A DNA stretch of 63,502 nucleotides, the filler included, from Neoconidiobolus thromboides FSU 785 (lineage: Eukaryota; Fungi; Entomophthoromycota), in the NCBI GenBank assembly GCA_025603075.1. It is 5 parts of 5 records of this genome, joined end to end, with 100 filler letters (N's around TTAATTAATTAA, not from the genome) between each part and the next. Parts side by side here need not be neighbours in the genome. Positions count along the whole stretch, not along the records: positions 13,657 to 44,620 come from MU626482.1; 4 more parts are not named here. One strand, written 5' to 3'. Of the stretch, positions 24,138 to 38,061 are shown in pieces. Numbering within the stretch: the first letter of the stretch is position 1; the number at the start of each line of letters is the position of its first letter. Position numbers and translations under genes: made by a program. The notes beneath the pieces were generated by a model that saw only the letters and a program-made list of their open reading frames with translations, was not told the DNA's origin and ran no database searches.

Positions 24138-27100
24138 CTTTTAGTGATTCTTATTTTTTATTTTAGGTACCTTTGAAGGGGTTTATTTACAAGTAGTTTT
24201 AAATATATGGGGCGTAATTTTATTTTTACGTTTAGGTTATATCCTTTCCCAAGTAGGTTATTTAATTACATTAGCTTTTTTTGCTGCTGGTTATTTAATT
24301 ACTACTTTTACTTCTTTATCCATTTCCGCTATTTCTACCAATGGTACTGTCAGAGGTAAATATTTTATATTTTTTATATTTTTTATATTTTTTATATTTT
24401 TTATATTTTTTATATTTTTTATATTTTTTATATTTTTTATATTTTTTAATCTCTTTTTATTGATACGGTTTTTGAATTTTATTAGGTGGTGGTCCTTATT
24501 ATATGATCTCTAGATCTCTAGGGCCCGAGTTTGGTGGTAAGTATCGAATTTATTGTTTACTATAAGCTTATTAATTCAAATGGATTACCTTATCAGGTAG
24601 TATAGGTATAATAGTCTATTTAGGTATCTGTTTAAATGCAGTATTAAATGCGTTAGCATCTGTGGAAGGCATAGTAGAATTTTTTGGTAAAGAACACGGT
24701 ACTTTAATTAAATGGTTACCAGAAGGACAGGTAATTAGAATTTTATTATATCATTATTAATTAAAAAATAATAATCATTTTTTATTATTCAGTGGTGGTT
24801 ATTATTATATGGTAGTATAGTTTTACTAATCTCAATAAGTATTTGTTTTATGGGTTCTAAAATAGTAGCTAAAGCTAGTTTAATATTCTCCATAATCCTT
24901 TTAATCTCCACATTATCGATCTTTTTTTCTTTTTTAATTCAACCCCCTTTCATCGATTCTGAGAAATCTGTCATATATACTTCCTTTAGTTGGGATACCT
25001 TAAGATCCAATCTTTATCCCAAATTATATCCTAACGAAAATGGTACAATGGAAACTTACCAATCTATTTTTAGTGTATTATTTCCAGCTTGTATAGGTAT
25101 TATGGCTGGTGCTTCTATGTCTGGTGATTTAAAAGATCCATCAAGATCTATACCAAAGGGTACCCTTTGGGCTATATTAACTACTTTTATTGCTTATATA
25201 TTATTATTGACGATGTTTGCAGCAACGGTTTCTAGAGATACTTTAATTGCAGATATTAATGTTATGTCTCATGTAAGTCTTTATTGTTCTTCTTTTTATT
25301 ATAGTTATTGATACTTTCTATTTTATTCTAGATTGGTTTATATCCACCCTTAGTCAATGTAGGTGTATTAGCTACCTCTATCTCATCATCATTTAGCTGT
25401 TTAGTAGGAGCATCTAAAATTTTACAAGCATTAGCTAGAGATCATTTAATCCCTGGTTTCTATCCCTTTGGTTATGGAAGTCCAGTCGGGGATGAACCAA
25501 TTATAGGTTTTTTATTAACATATGCATTAGCACAATTATTTTTATTTGCAGGTGAAATGAATTTGGTAGCTGGTATTGTTACTATGTTTTTTGTACTTAC
25601 TTTTGGTGTGACGAATTTAGCATGCTTCTTATTGAAAGTGGGTGGTGCGCCTAATTTTCGACCTTCTTTTAAATATTTTAAGGGTTGGACTGCTTTTGTT
25701 GGGTTTTTACTTTGCTTTTCCACTATGTTTTATGTGTCACCAATGCAAGCTACACTATCTACTACTTTTGCAAGTTTTATATTTGCATTAGTTCATTTTA
25801 CTACTCCACCAAAAGCTTGGGGGGATGTAACTCAATCTTTAATTTATCATCAAGTAAGAAAATATTTATTAAGATTAGATACACGTAAAGAACATGTCAA
25901 ATTTTGGCGACCACAAATTTTATTATTAATCAATGATCCAAGACAACAATATCAATTAATGTTATTTTGTAATTATTTAAAAAAAGGTAGTTTATTTATA
26001 ATTGGTCACATATTAAAAGGAGAATTAAGAGAACAATTAATGGAAATGAAAAAACAAAAATTGAGTTTTATGAAATTAATAGATATTATGAAAATGAAAG
26101 CTTTTATTCAATTAGATGTTGCAAAAAATGAAATGTTAGCTGCAAGATCCATTTTATTAGGGGCTGGTTTAGGGGGCATGGTACCCAATATTGTTGTTTT
26201 AGGTCAATTTAATTTAAATCATTATAGAAGGAGATCGAATAGTGGAATTGGAATGGAAACTGAAGATGAAGATAATGAAGAAATTGATACTTTTGAACAA
26301 ATATTTAAGCAACAATATGAACAATTTAAAATTGGAGATCGATTGGGACCCTTACCAACGGATGAAATGAAATCTGAATTACCCATTTCTATTATGGATT
26401 ATGTTAGTATAATTGAAGATTCTTTATTATTAAATAAAGCCGTGGCTATTGCTTTTGGATTTCAAGAAAATCCATTGTTACCTTGTCTACCAAAAGAATT
26501 ACAAAATTATCAAAGTAATTTTAAAAAATATATTGATCTTTGGCCTATTCAAATGGTCAATTGTAATGAACATAATACAAATCAAGCTATTAATTTTGAT
26601 TCATATACAATGGTATTACAATTAGGATGTATTTTACATATGGTACCTCAATGGAAAGAAAGATATGAGTTAAGAGTGAATTGTTTTGTGGAACATAAAG
26701 TGGATGTCGAAGAAGAGAAATCAAGAGTTAATAAATTATTATTGAATTTAAGAATACCTGCTCAATTAAATGTATTTTATTTGGATGAGCAAGCTGTACC
26801 TGAATATGATAAATTATTTGGTGAAAATCAACAAAATTACAGGACTAATGAACCAATTGAATTTGATAAGAATAAAAATGAAGAAAGTCAAAATAAACAA
26901 CAAGCTTTTTCTACTTCATTAAGAATTAATTTACCTTTACCAGATGGTTATGATCAAACATTTGATACTAATAATCATACTGAAGATGAGTGTTCAGATA
27001 AAGATAGCGAAAATGCATCGGATGAAATGTCCGATTTTTTAATAGATTTAGATCTTGTAGAAGAACCTATAATGTATCATCAACCTCATGAGACAGCTAA

Positions 27101-27335
27101 AGAATTTAATGAATTACCAGTTCATTTACAATATTCAATATTAAATCAATTAATTTTATTAAATTCTAATCAGACTGCCATTGTGTTTTCAACATTACCT
27201 GCACCTGATTTAAATTGTTCAAAAAAAGAAAATCATTGTTTAAATTATTGTCAATCATTAGAACAATTTACAAAGAATTTACCACCAACTATCTTAGTAC
27301 ATGCTAAATCTTTGACCGTAACTACTTCTCTTTAA
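23868..27335 (+). CDS. SLC12 cation-chloride cotransporter (Vhc1-like), multi-exon
   Basis: [114 protein letters not shown]. Confidence 0.95.
24367..24447 (+). repeat. Intronic 9-bp tandem repeat (ATATTTTTT)n
   Basis: About 9 tandem units read directly in an SLC12 intron; an (AAT)n tract lies at ~24103-24135. Confidence 0.9.
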
Positions 27336-27518
27336 AACATGTATGTGAATGTTCTACTTTTTTTTATAGTGTTTTTTTTAATATCAAAAATAAAATTATA
27401 AAAAAAATTAATTATTTTAATATTATTTTTATTGTTTTTATTAATTTAAGCTATAAAAAAATAATTTATTCAAAAAGAAAATATTTCAATTTCAGTTTCA
27501 ATTTTATATTTTAATCAA

Positions 27519-29835
27519 TTATTCATATTTCCTAATAAATTCATGAATAGCATTATAAAAGGTAAATAAATTCAAATTCAAATTATTATTTTGATTATTA
27601 TTTAATTGATTATAAATATCATCTATTTCTTTTTGTTCAATACTCCCATAATAAGTTTGTATTTTATAATTAATTGGCAATTGAAATTGAATTCCCAATA
27701 AATCTTGAATTTGAATTGAAGTAATTAAACAAAATCGAATGGGTTGATTTAATTGGCTATAATTTTTAAAATACATATTTATAAAACAAATCTCTGTAGA
27801 TAATAAATCTTCATTATTAAATTGAATATTTGAATTTAATTTTAATTCAATAGAATGTTCTTTTTTCAATTGATTTAATTGCTTTAAAAATTCCAGTACT
27901 CTTGACCAATATTTAGCTAATTGATAAGCTAATTGTTGAATTGTTAGCTTATTTCCTTTAAATATTAAATATTTTTGAAATATAACTAGTAAATTGAATC
28001 CAAATTCAAAATTAATTTGTTTTTGAATCATGTCAAATTTTAATGTTAATAAATTGACTATTTTTGAATTTTCTTCCATTAATTTCATATGAACTTTAAA
28101 ATAGTTGGAAAATAATAATATAATTTCTTGATTTTCAATATCAATATCCCATATTGTATGTTTATTTAACATTTCATATTGTTCTATTATAAATTTATAA
28201 ATTATTATTCAATTATTTATATAAAATTTGAACTAATCAAAACTTACTTTTCTTTTCCATTACTTTATTTTTATTTGTTATTTGATTTTCATTTTTTTTA
28301 ATATTTTCAAGTTCCAATTCAAGTTCCATAATCTCCTAATTTATTTATTAACTTTATTTAATATCATTAATGATAAGAATTACCTTATCCAAAGCCAAAT
28401 TTTCGTCTTTTAATTGAATTAAACTATGTTCTTTAATAGTTTTGGTACTAAAAATTAAATGAAAATATTAAAAATAAATTATCATTATTATTATTATTAT
28501 TATATTAAAAATGAATCATTATTTTTTTACCTTTTAGAATCCAGAAAATAATTTAATTTTAATATTGATTCAGAAGATTTTTCAGTAGCTGAACTAAATT
28601 TCAAAAATGAATAAGTTAATATAGTCAAGATTAAGAATGATTCCAATGTTCGCTTTACCTAACTTTCTTTTCTACTTCAACTATTAATTTTTTATATTCT
28701 TCCATAATTAATGCTTCATTGTTTTGCATAATTTCATTTTCAATCGATAATTCTTGATATTTCTGTTATTAATATTAAAAATTTAGTTTAAAAATTCGAT
28801 TAATAAATTAAAATTCAATTGTAAAATTTACTTTTTGTAAGTTTTCCAAACATTGCTGAAATTTTGATTGAAGATTATTAATAGCTACTTCATGTTGATG
28901 AACCATAATAACACGAGCATCTTTACGATAAGTAGCTGTATGAATAGATAATTTATCCTAATAAATAAATAAATGAATAAATAAATAATAATAAATAAAT
29001 AAATTATTAATTACCTCCATTTCTTTTCGACTATTTTTACCCAATTTAAAATAATCTTGAATAATTTTGACTTCTTTATTTTCAATTTCCTCTTCCTTGA
29101 TCTTCACTTCTTCTTTTAACTTATCAATTTTTTCCTTTAATAATTCCATTTCATTAATTATTAACTGATATTCTTGATTATTACAATTTTTCATTAAGAT
29201 TGCATTTAAAGATTCTTTTTCATTTTCATTAAATTTGTGATGATTATATTGTGGAATAATTGGCTGTAAATCATCAATAAAACATAATTTAGTTTGATTG
29301 ATAAATTCATTAGCTTTAAATTTAATACTTTGATCTTTATAACTTTGAATTAATTTGATGTTTTCTTTACTTATTAAATTGCTATTATTATTATTAGTTG
29401 ATGTTGATTTAATACTTAATTTATGTAATTTTAATTTTGTTGGCGATATAATTTCTTTTTCAATTGTATTAATAGCACTCAAAGGTTCAATTATCTTATT
29501 ATTATAATTATTTGATATGACCAACGGATTATTTTGTTCTTCATTGTTATTTGTAGTTAATAAACTATTTGATAAATTGATGTTAACTTCTTGTTTATTT
29601 TCATTCAATTTACTTTGTTTAATTTCAATACTCTCTTTAACTAAACAATCTTCTTTATTTTCAGTTGATGATGATATTACTTTATTCATCTTCTTTTGTT
29701 TTTCCTCATTTAAAACCTTTTCATTTGTTATGCTCTCCTTTTTATTTTGTTGTATTTCGTTATTGTTATTACTGTTTCCAAATCCAAATCCAAATCCAAA
29801 TCCAAAAGATGTATTTTTAAAACCAAAATTATTAC

Positions 29836-29872
<37 letters not shown>

Positions 29873-32408
29873 GAAACTCCCCCAACTTAATATATTTTTA
29901 TTTGTTATTTGATTCTCTGTTTTATGTTTATTAGGAATACCAAACCCAAAGTTAGTATTTATATTTGTTTTTTTATTAGGATAATCATCATCTTCTTGTG
30001 TTAAAATAGCCCTTTTTGATAAATTAATTTCATTATTATCTGTTGATATTTTATTCGTATTTTTAATTTCAATGTTATTTTTATTATTATTTTCTTGTTT
30101 ATTTTCCAATTCTTCAATATTAATATCTTCATCAAAATCCATAATAACAGAGAATTGATTTTCCTCTAATTTTTCATTATCTCTTCTTTTAATAGGTTCA
30201 ATAATATCATTATCATTAAATAATTGAACTTCTTTTTCATTCTCTGTTTCTCCTTGTAATAAAATTGGACTTTCTAAAACATCAAAGCTATCTAAAATAG
30301 GCGAAGATTCATAAGTAGTATAAGAATCAATATTACTATCGCTATCGCTATCTAAATCATTATTTTTATCTTCACTTTTCTTTTTTTCAGGTGTTAACTG
30401 ATGATTCAATTGATGATTTAATAAATTGTTCTTATTTAATAACAAATTATTAGGATGAAGTTTCATTTTTTTTATTAATTCTAATATTGGTTTTGGAAAT
30501 TCATTATTAATATTAATATTATTATTATTATTATTATTATTTAAGTCAATAAAATTAATATCCTCATTTTCATTAATTAAACTATTATCTTCATAAGTAG
30601 TTGGTTTGATTAAATCTTCTTTCAATTCAATTAAATCATTCCCTTTATCATTTAAATTCATTATATTCTCTTTAACTATATCAGAATCAGAATCTTCATC
30701 AAATATATTATCAACATCATTTACTTCGAATGACTTAATTTGTTTAATTATTTTGCTGCTTTTATTAATAGTTAAATTTTCCTTTTCATTCAACCAATCT
30801 TTTTGTTTATTTTGAATTATTTTATCTTTATTTTTTAAATTCAAATTAATAATATTTTTTTTAATAATTGAATTTTTGATTGATTTACTTTTATCTCTTA
30901 AATTTCTTAATGTATTTTGAATGTCTTCTTCTTCATTAAATTCATCTAATTTCTGAACTTGTAAATCGGAATTAATATCTTTATTGCTATTATTATTATT
31001 GTTTCTACGTTGACTTTTCAATATTAATTCATCATAATTTGACTCTTCTAATGTAGAACTGGGATTACTAATAATACTAATATCACTAATATCTAATGAA
31101 TTTATAGTATTATTTTGATTATTATTATTATTATTATTTGATTCATTTGATTGATTAATTATATGTTGATATAAATTAGTATTAACTATTGTCGATTTTG
31201 AAGTAGATAATGTTGAATCAATTGGAGTTAAATGATTAATATTAATGTTATTAATTTTATCTTCTTCTTTATGATAAAGTTTATTTTTCTTATTTAATCT
31301 CAATCCTTTTTCTTCTTTTTCTTCCTTCTCTTCTTCTTTATGATTTAATTTTTGTTTATTTAACTTCTCTTCTTTTATTAAATTAATTTGATTATTTTCT
31401 TCAATTAATTCATCGATTGTTTTCCTAGGCATTCCATTCTTTTGAAAAAGGATTGGCGGTGATTGGTAATTGTAATCTTTAAATGAACCATCAATAAAAT
31501 CAGATTTAATTTGATTAGTTTCAAAATCAAATCCATGAATTGATTTTTGAGATTCATAATTATATTCAATTAAGAAATTACTTGATAATCCAGGTTGATT
31601 ATTTAATAATCTTTCTTTTATTTGAATATTCTCGTTTTCATTGGATGTTTCTATTTGTCTTGTATCTTTTATAACACAAGTTGTTTTTAATTCCTTATTT
31701 TCATTCTCTTTATTTAATAAGAGTAATTCAGATGATGATTGAGTAGTTAATTCCTTTACTTTTTCTTCATTTGATTTAGTTGCAAATTTATTAAAGCTTA
31801 ATTTGCGTCGATTTAAAGTACGATTTAAATATTGAGATATTGATTCTTTCTGATCACCTTCAAATTTGGTATCTGTAATATAATCTGCTATATTATTGTT
31901 ATTTAAACTAAAATTATAAGTATTAATTTCTTTTTTAGATTAATATTAATATAATAATATTAACTAATGCTTACTTTTTAATCGTTTTTGAAACTTTATT
32001 TTTTAGTGGCTCGCTTTGTCTTAAATTCGAATTATTACTTTCAATAGTTTGTTGTTGATTAATAGTTCTAATAAATTATTAGTTTTTAACAAAATAAGTT
32101 TAATAATAAATTAATAATTAATTTACCTCACTAACGCTTTGTCATTAAAACTAACCCTTCTTTTTTCCGTTTTCTTTCTAGTAATACAACATGAATTTAA
32201 GTTGGTTTAGTTTATGTGAATAAATTGAACTTTTCTTACCTTTCAGTTTTAAAATCTGTTTGTATTTTTTTTAGACTACTTTTACGTGGACGTTGTTTCT
32301 AGATAATATTATTAACATCACGCTTTATAAAATCCAATATTGCTGTTAACTTACATTGGATTCCGATAACCTCTTTGAATTTTCTTCTTGACTGTTTCCA
32401 TCTTCCAT
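27519..32408 (-). CDS. SPC105: Outer kinetochore scaffold Spc105/Spc7/KNL1, multi-exon, Asn-rich
   Basis: Small 5' exons give RKSSLKK (SILK-type, 32240-32299) and KRRVSF (PP1 docking, ~32147-32161). The 824-aa ORF is open in frame upstream to ~31900. A Spc7-domain-like segment (KANEFINQTKLCFIDDL) is followed by coiled-coil exons and the 27519-28172 exon. Internal exon boundaries are approximate. Confidence 0.75.
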
Positions 32409-32678
32409 TTTTTAATTAATTGAATTAACTGAAACTTAAAAAATTGAAATTTTATTGTAACTACTTCAATTTCTACCAATTTGATCCTTAATTGAAGTTC
32501 CTCCCTTAAAAATTACCTCATCTTTTTTAAAAATAGGTTGATTTCATTGGTGCTAATCAGAATCAATTGGATATTTGTTAACTTCCCATAATTTCTTTAA
32601 TTTCTATGCATCATTGTTAAGAATTGATATCAATTTATTTTGAATTTCATTCAACAAATTAAATAAAAATCAATATAA

Positions 32679-33152
32679 ATGGGTCAAGTTAGTCGAAGTA
32701 TAGGAGTGCTTAGTGGTATTGTATTCAGTACTGGGTTTATATACGCATTTCGTAAAAATATTGAACGTGACATTCATAGTCAAACTGAAAGACTAAAGGA
32801 TGTGGATTATTTATTAAATACTTCGTTTTTGCCTGAAGCTAAAAGGGCTGAAATAGAGGTAAGTGTTTTTTGATCATAATTGAATTAAATCTTAATAAAA
32901 TGCAGGATAAAATAAAATCATGATAAAAAGTGATATATTAATAAATTGTTTAATTTCTAGGATCAACGTCCAGTTTACAGAGAAGTTTTAGCTAAACCAT
33001 ATGTATTGGAGTTAGTTGAAGGAGCTAAATCACATGCTCAAAAAGAGTTAATACCAGAAATTAAAAGTCAATGGAATGGTAAATTATATCAATTTGCTTC
33101 AGCTTTGAACAATATCGAAATTGATGTCAAAAATTGGTCCTTTAAATGGTAG
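32679..33152 (+). CDS. MIC12: Probable MICOS subunit Mic12 (Aim5)-like, 2 exons
   Basis: Gly-rich N-terminal TM (GVLSGIVFSTGFIYAF), a coiled coil, and EIKSQWNGKL resembling the Mic12 K..WN.E motif. Confidence 0.55.
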
Positions 33153-33551
33153 TCAAAGAAGAATATGAAGTTGTTAAATTTTTAATTAAAATGAAAGTTT
33201 AGGTTTAAATTTTATATAATTATAAGTTTTTTGGGGATTTAAGTTATCATTTGATATTTTTAGAATTTTATTGATTTGTTTTTAATGAATTTATTATTTC
33301 ATATAATTAAAGGTTATAGATGTTTAGTTTATATTTATTACTACTATTCAAAATATACCTATATCACTTATTATAATATTTTATATTATTTATACAAACT
33401 AAAACCTCTAAACAATCCAAAAGTCTAGTAAAAAAAAATAAACCAATCAATTTAACTTTTTTTCAACTCTAAGTCATTCATTGGTTTAACTTCCAATCCG
33501 AAACATTTATTAAAGCTAAGAATTTTTTTTAAAAGCTTGTTTACCTTAACT

Positions 33552-34802
33552 ATGGATCAAATTGAAACTCAGTTAAATAAATTGGAAGAAGCCAAGTAAG
33601 TAAAATCAAAAGAATAGTAGAATTTATACTAAAAGATATTTATTTATAGAAAGAGTGTACAAGTGGAAAAAGCCATTCCCTTAAATTATGATTTAGGGTT
33701 ATTATGTGCTACAGATATTAATACCATGGATAACACTAAGTTCAAGTAAGACAAGACACTAAAATTGAAACTCTTCACTTCTAACACCTTTTTTTTCCAA
33801 AACAGAAAACTAGATGATAACCTTGATGATTATTTAAAAAGATATTGCCGTGATGGTATTCAATTATTATTAAATCAAGTATTTTCTCTCCCTGTAGTAG
33901 CTAGTGAAGATGGTTATATGGTTACATTACCAAAACCAAATACTTCATTACCACGTGAAAAGCCAGTAAGTTCTCTTATTTTCCTTCTTATTCTTCTTGT
34001 TTTTTAACTTAAATTTCTAGATTCCAAAACCTAAACCATTAACACGATGGGAGAAGTTTGCTAAGGCTAAAAACATCACGAATAAAAAACGAGAACGTAT
34101 GGTTTATGATGAAGAAAGTGGAGAATATAAACCACGATATGGATATAAGGGTATTAATCAAGTAGCTAAAGATTGGTTAATGGAAGTACCAGATGGTGAA
34201 GATCCAAATGTTGATTTATATGCTAAAGAAAGAGAAGATAAAAAATCAAGAGTTGAAAAGAATTTAAAGAGACAAATGAGAAATGTGAGAGAAGCTAGCG
34301 GAGAAAATAAAGAAAAGGAAACTCCTAAAGAAATAGCTGCTAAATTAAGACAAGAAAGAACAGTTAGAAAAGGCACCCTTGAAAGAGATGCTGTATTGGC
34401 TAAAGTTTCTACAGCTTCTATGGGTAAATTCGATAAAAAAATTGAGGGCGAAGCTAAAGCTAAGGGAGTTAGAAGAAAGGTAAACAGACTTGTTTTATTC
34501 CTGAAATAGTATATTTATATAAAAATTTCGTTAGTTTGAACCTACCATTGGTAAAGATTTAAAGCTTGAAAAGGATAGTAGTTTAAAAATCTTAAATAAA
34601 TTAACGAACGGTAGTGCAGCTAAAGAACAAAAGAAAAAAGAAGTGGTCAATGTTAGAAAGGTAAATATCTATTGACTATAAGATGCTTTTGTAGATTATT
34701 TTTTATTTTTTATTTTTTTAGGCTATTAAAGTTACTGGTGCTAAAGCCAAAGAGGACCCTAAATCTAAAGGAAAAAGTTCTAAAGGCAAAGGTAGAAAAT
34801 AG
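33552..34802 (+). CDS. RRS1: Ribosome biogenesis regulator Rrs1, multi-exon
   Basis: YDLGLLCA, RDGIQLLLNQVFSLP, LPREKPIPKPKPLTRWEKFAKAK, VYDEESGEYKPRYGYKG, STASMGKFD. Confidence 0.95.
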
Positions 34803-35619
34803 ATCGAAGCAAAGAAAAATAGATAGAAATTATGAGGTTGAAGGATGTTTTATAGAGTCTATTTTTTTATAATAAAATTGGAGTTGCAATGAATTGTTTA
34901 TTTTTATTATTGTTATATGAATTAGTTTTGAAAATTGGATTTTACAGTTTAGATGAAAAATCAAAATGATTTATAGTGCTTTTAATAAACTAATTATTGT
35001 TTAGTTGAATGACAATTTCTTGAAGTTGAATTTCCTTTTTTATACCAGTATCTCTGTTTATATGATATTACTCCTTTTATAAAGTAAACGTTTTATTAAA
35101 TCTTTAATATTTTTTTATAAAAAAGTAGAGCATATTGAAAGAAATTTACTTTTATTTAAGTAACTAAAAATTTTATAAAAGGATAAGTTGCAACAAAATA
35201 TTAAATTAAACTATTAAAATATAATTAATACTTTATTGTTTATATTTCAAATAAAAAAATAGTAAGAATATTATATTAGTTTATTTATTTACATTTCGTA
35301 TATAATAAAATTGATTGGATTAAAATTGTTAAAATCATACAATTCGCATTACTCTTTATTATCTATAGCAGTATATATAGAAAGATTGTCATGTTTAAAT
35401 AAGAATACTTAAGTGTTTTCGTGCATCAAAATGCTGCTTATCTATCAATATTTTAAAGTTGCATTTATAATTTTGTAAATAATTGGGACTGAAAATTTGT
35501 TTTGGAGTTTCATTAGATAAAGAGGAAATCAACGAATCGAGTCATCATTTTTCGAACTTTTAACTAAACTATTCAAATAAAATTCAAGATATAACTTTGA
35601 TGAAAGAATATGAAAAAGA

Positions 35620-36732
35620 ATATGGAAAAAGATACATAAATAAATACAAAAAATTATTAATAAAGATCGAGAAAGAATTATCGATTTACATATCAATAAG
35701 TCAAATGGCATCGAAGTTTCCAAAATATTAGACTTTGCTATTAGTACTGTTCAAGGAATTATAGAAAAGTATCTTGATCGTAAAGACTATTTAAGAAAGC
35801 CGAAAGGATATTACAAAACAACTCTTAACTGATTCTCAACAAAAAGCTATTTAATCTTGGATTGATAAATATTGTATTACTAAATCGAAAGCCATACAAA
35901 AAAGATTAAGGGAAGGAATGGATATAGATGGAAGTTTATTAGAAATAGAATCTTACATTAAAATCTTTAATTTCAATTCAAAACGTATCAATGTGCCATC
36001 TTATGATAATGATTTGACTACTTTTAAAGACAAGAGCATTTTATGCTAATTACTTTGTTAACAACATGGGGATGTATTTTTGTGTTTAAGAATTTTACTA
36101 ACAAATTTTCCGCTTAAATGGCGCTTAAAAAATCGAAAAAGTAATGAAATCAAAAAAAACACACTCCCATATATTAAAATTTATCGATTCTAAGATTCTG
36201 TTTATAAATGATACTACATTTAGTATTATAATCAAACGAATAAAAGTATTATCTAGAAGTAAAAAGACAGACTCACTTACTAAAGGACTTTGTAAAAAAA
36301 TCATATCTAGGTTATGATATGGATATTAATGGAATAATTGAGTATCAAACTCAAATGCTTACTTTTGATATTGAATTGTTTTATGAATTTATTAAATCCG
36401 TTGTTATCAAATTTTAAAAAAAAAACGGAAGCAATAAATATTATAAATAACGAATATGTTTACAGAGATCCAAAAGTTAGAGAACTTGTTAACCCAATGG
36501 ACATGTTTTATTTCGTTCACTACTGAATTTTATATTTTTAAATCCTGTTGAAATTATGTATAGCAAATTAGTGCAATTGATCAGAACAAAAAATTCACAA
36601 AATGAGGATGGGTTATTTAAAATTTTTGGTAACGCTTTATCACAAATAATTGATAGTGATTATAAGGATTTTGATGAACATATGCTTGGTTGTTTAGCAA
36701 GATGTATGAAAAAAGAAGAGCTACTCGATTAA
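35620..36732 (+). pseudogene. Transposase-derived pseudogene, copy R1, interrupted by a MITE
   Basis: NKDRERIIDLHIN...STVQGIIEKYLDRKDYLRKPK, YANYFVNN[MITE]ILKFIDSKILFINDTTF, LNPVE, ...MKKEELLD*. Start approximate. Confidence 0.87.
36068..36168 (-). mobile_element. MITE copy 6, inserted into pseudogene R1
   Basis: ACAT|GGGGATGT...ACACTCCC|ATAT. Removing the element plus one 4-bp TSD restores N-N-I-L-K-F. Confidence 0.9.
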
Positions 36733-37059
36733 CAGACTCAAATTAAGTTCTACAATTGATTTTTTTTCAAATTTTTATGCATACTACATTACTCATCAAG
36801 AGATGAGTAAAATACCTCACAGAAATTTATAATATAAACAACAATAGTTAAAAGGCGTCAAATACGAAACCAAATACTAAATCGTGATCGAAACGGCCCT
36901 TCATTTCAACCTATTGCTTATTTTGTCTAATATCTTAAATTCATATTAGGAGCTAAAATAATTGGGATTTTTAATAGTCGTTTGAGATTTTTATTGGTTT
37001 AATTGAAAAAAGATAAAATAATATTGAATTTTTCAAATTTAAGATTATTAAAATTTCCA

Positions 37060-38061
37060 ATGAAATATAAAAATATCACTAACGAAGACCGAGAAAAAAT
37101 TGTTAGTTCATATATCAATGGATCCAGTGCAACGAATATTGCCAAAGTAATGGGCTATAATAGAGCTACTGTTTTTGGTATTATACAAAAGTATACAACT
37201 GGTAATGATTTTAAAAAAAAGGCAAATGTAGCTCAACGAACATTTATATCGGATGCTCAACGAAAAATTATGCAATCATGGATTAATAAAGACTGTACCA
37301 TTAAACTGAAAACAATAAAAACAAGATTGAAGGATGAAATGGGGATAGATGCAACATTGTCATGTATAGAATCCTATATGAAAGCATTTAATTTCTCTTT
37401 TAACCGTCTTAATTTACCTCCTCAAAACAATGAGCTGACTACTTTGGAAGCTCGTGCCCTTTATGCTGATAGTTTTATAAACAATGTAGCAAAGTATATA
37501 GGCTCAAAGGTTCTATTTATAAATGAAGCAACGTTTAGTATTTCAATGTCAACAAATAAAAATTTATTATCTGCAAAAAAGAGAGCTGATTTTATTGGCA
37601 AAGGATTTCGTAAAGCAATTGCATCAATGTGTTCTGCTATGAGTATAAATGGGTTAATTGAACATCAAACTCGAATGATGATTTTTGATACTGAATCATT
37701 CTATAAATTTATTGAGTCAGTTGTTGCTAAATTAGAGAAAACAAGCATGTCAGAAGCAATAATTATTATGGATAATGCATGCATTGAAAAATATCTAAAA
37801 GTCAAAGAACTTATTGAGTCAAAGGGACATAGCTTAATTTGTTTGCCGCCCGCATCTGCGTTTTTAAATCCTAATGAAGTTATGTATATTAAATGGAAAG
37901 AATTAATCAGAGCAAAGGATCCACAAGATGGAAATGAATTAATTAAGGTTATTAATAAAGTTTTATCACAAATAGCTGATAATGATTGTAAGGATTTTTA
38001 CGAACATATGCTTAGTTATTTGCCAAGGTGTATGAAAAAAGAAGAGATACTTGATCAATAA
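37060..38061 (+). CDS. IS630-Tc1-mariner transposase-derived protein, copy R2 (333 aa from ATG 37060, intact, D1->N)
   Basis: VLFINEATF, IIIMDNA, LPPASAFLNPNE; 34 residues separate D2 and E. Confidence 0.9.
   Translation: MKYKNITNEDREKIVSSYINGSSATNIAKVMGYNRATVFGIIQKYTTGNDFKKKANVAQRTFISDAQRKIMQSWINKDCTIKLKTIKTRLKDEMGIDATLSCIESYMKAFNFSFNRLNLPPQNNELTTLEARALYADSFINNVAKYIGSKVLFINEATFSISMSTNKNLLSAKKRADFIGKGFRKAIASMCSAMSINGLIEHQTRMMIFDTESFYKFIESVVAKLEKTSMSEAIIIMDNACIEKYLKVKELIESKGHSLICLPPASAFLNPNEVMYIKWKELIRAKDPQDGNELIKVINKVLSQIADNDCKDFYEHMLSYLPRCMKKEEILDQ

Noticed and set aside
24367-24447. Regular repeat resembling a CRISPR or satellite array
   Set aside because: It is a simple 9-bp intronic tandem repeat with no spacers.
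37003-37059. N-terminal extensions in the ORF track (37003 TTG start; also 52470 for H3 and 3092 for RhoGEF)
   Set aside because: Paralog or ortholog alignment and splice signals place the starts at ATG 37060, 52395 and 3032.
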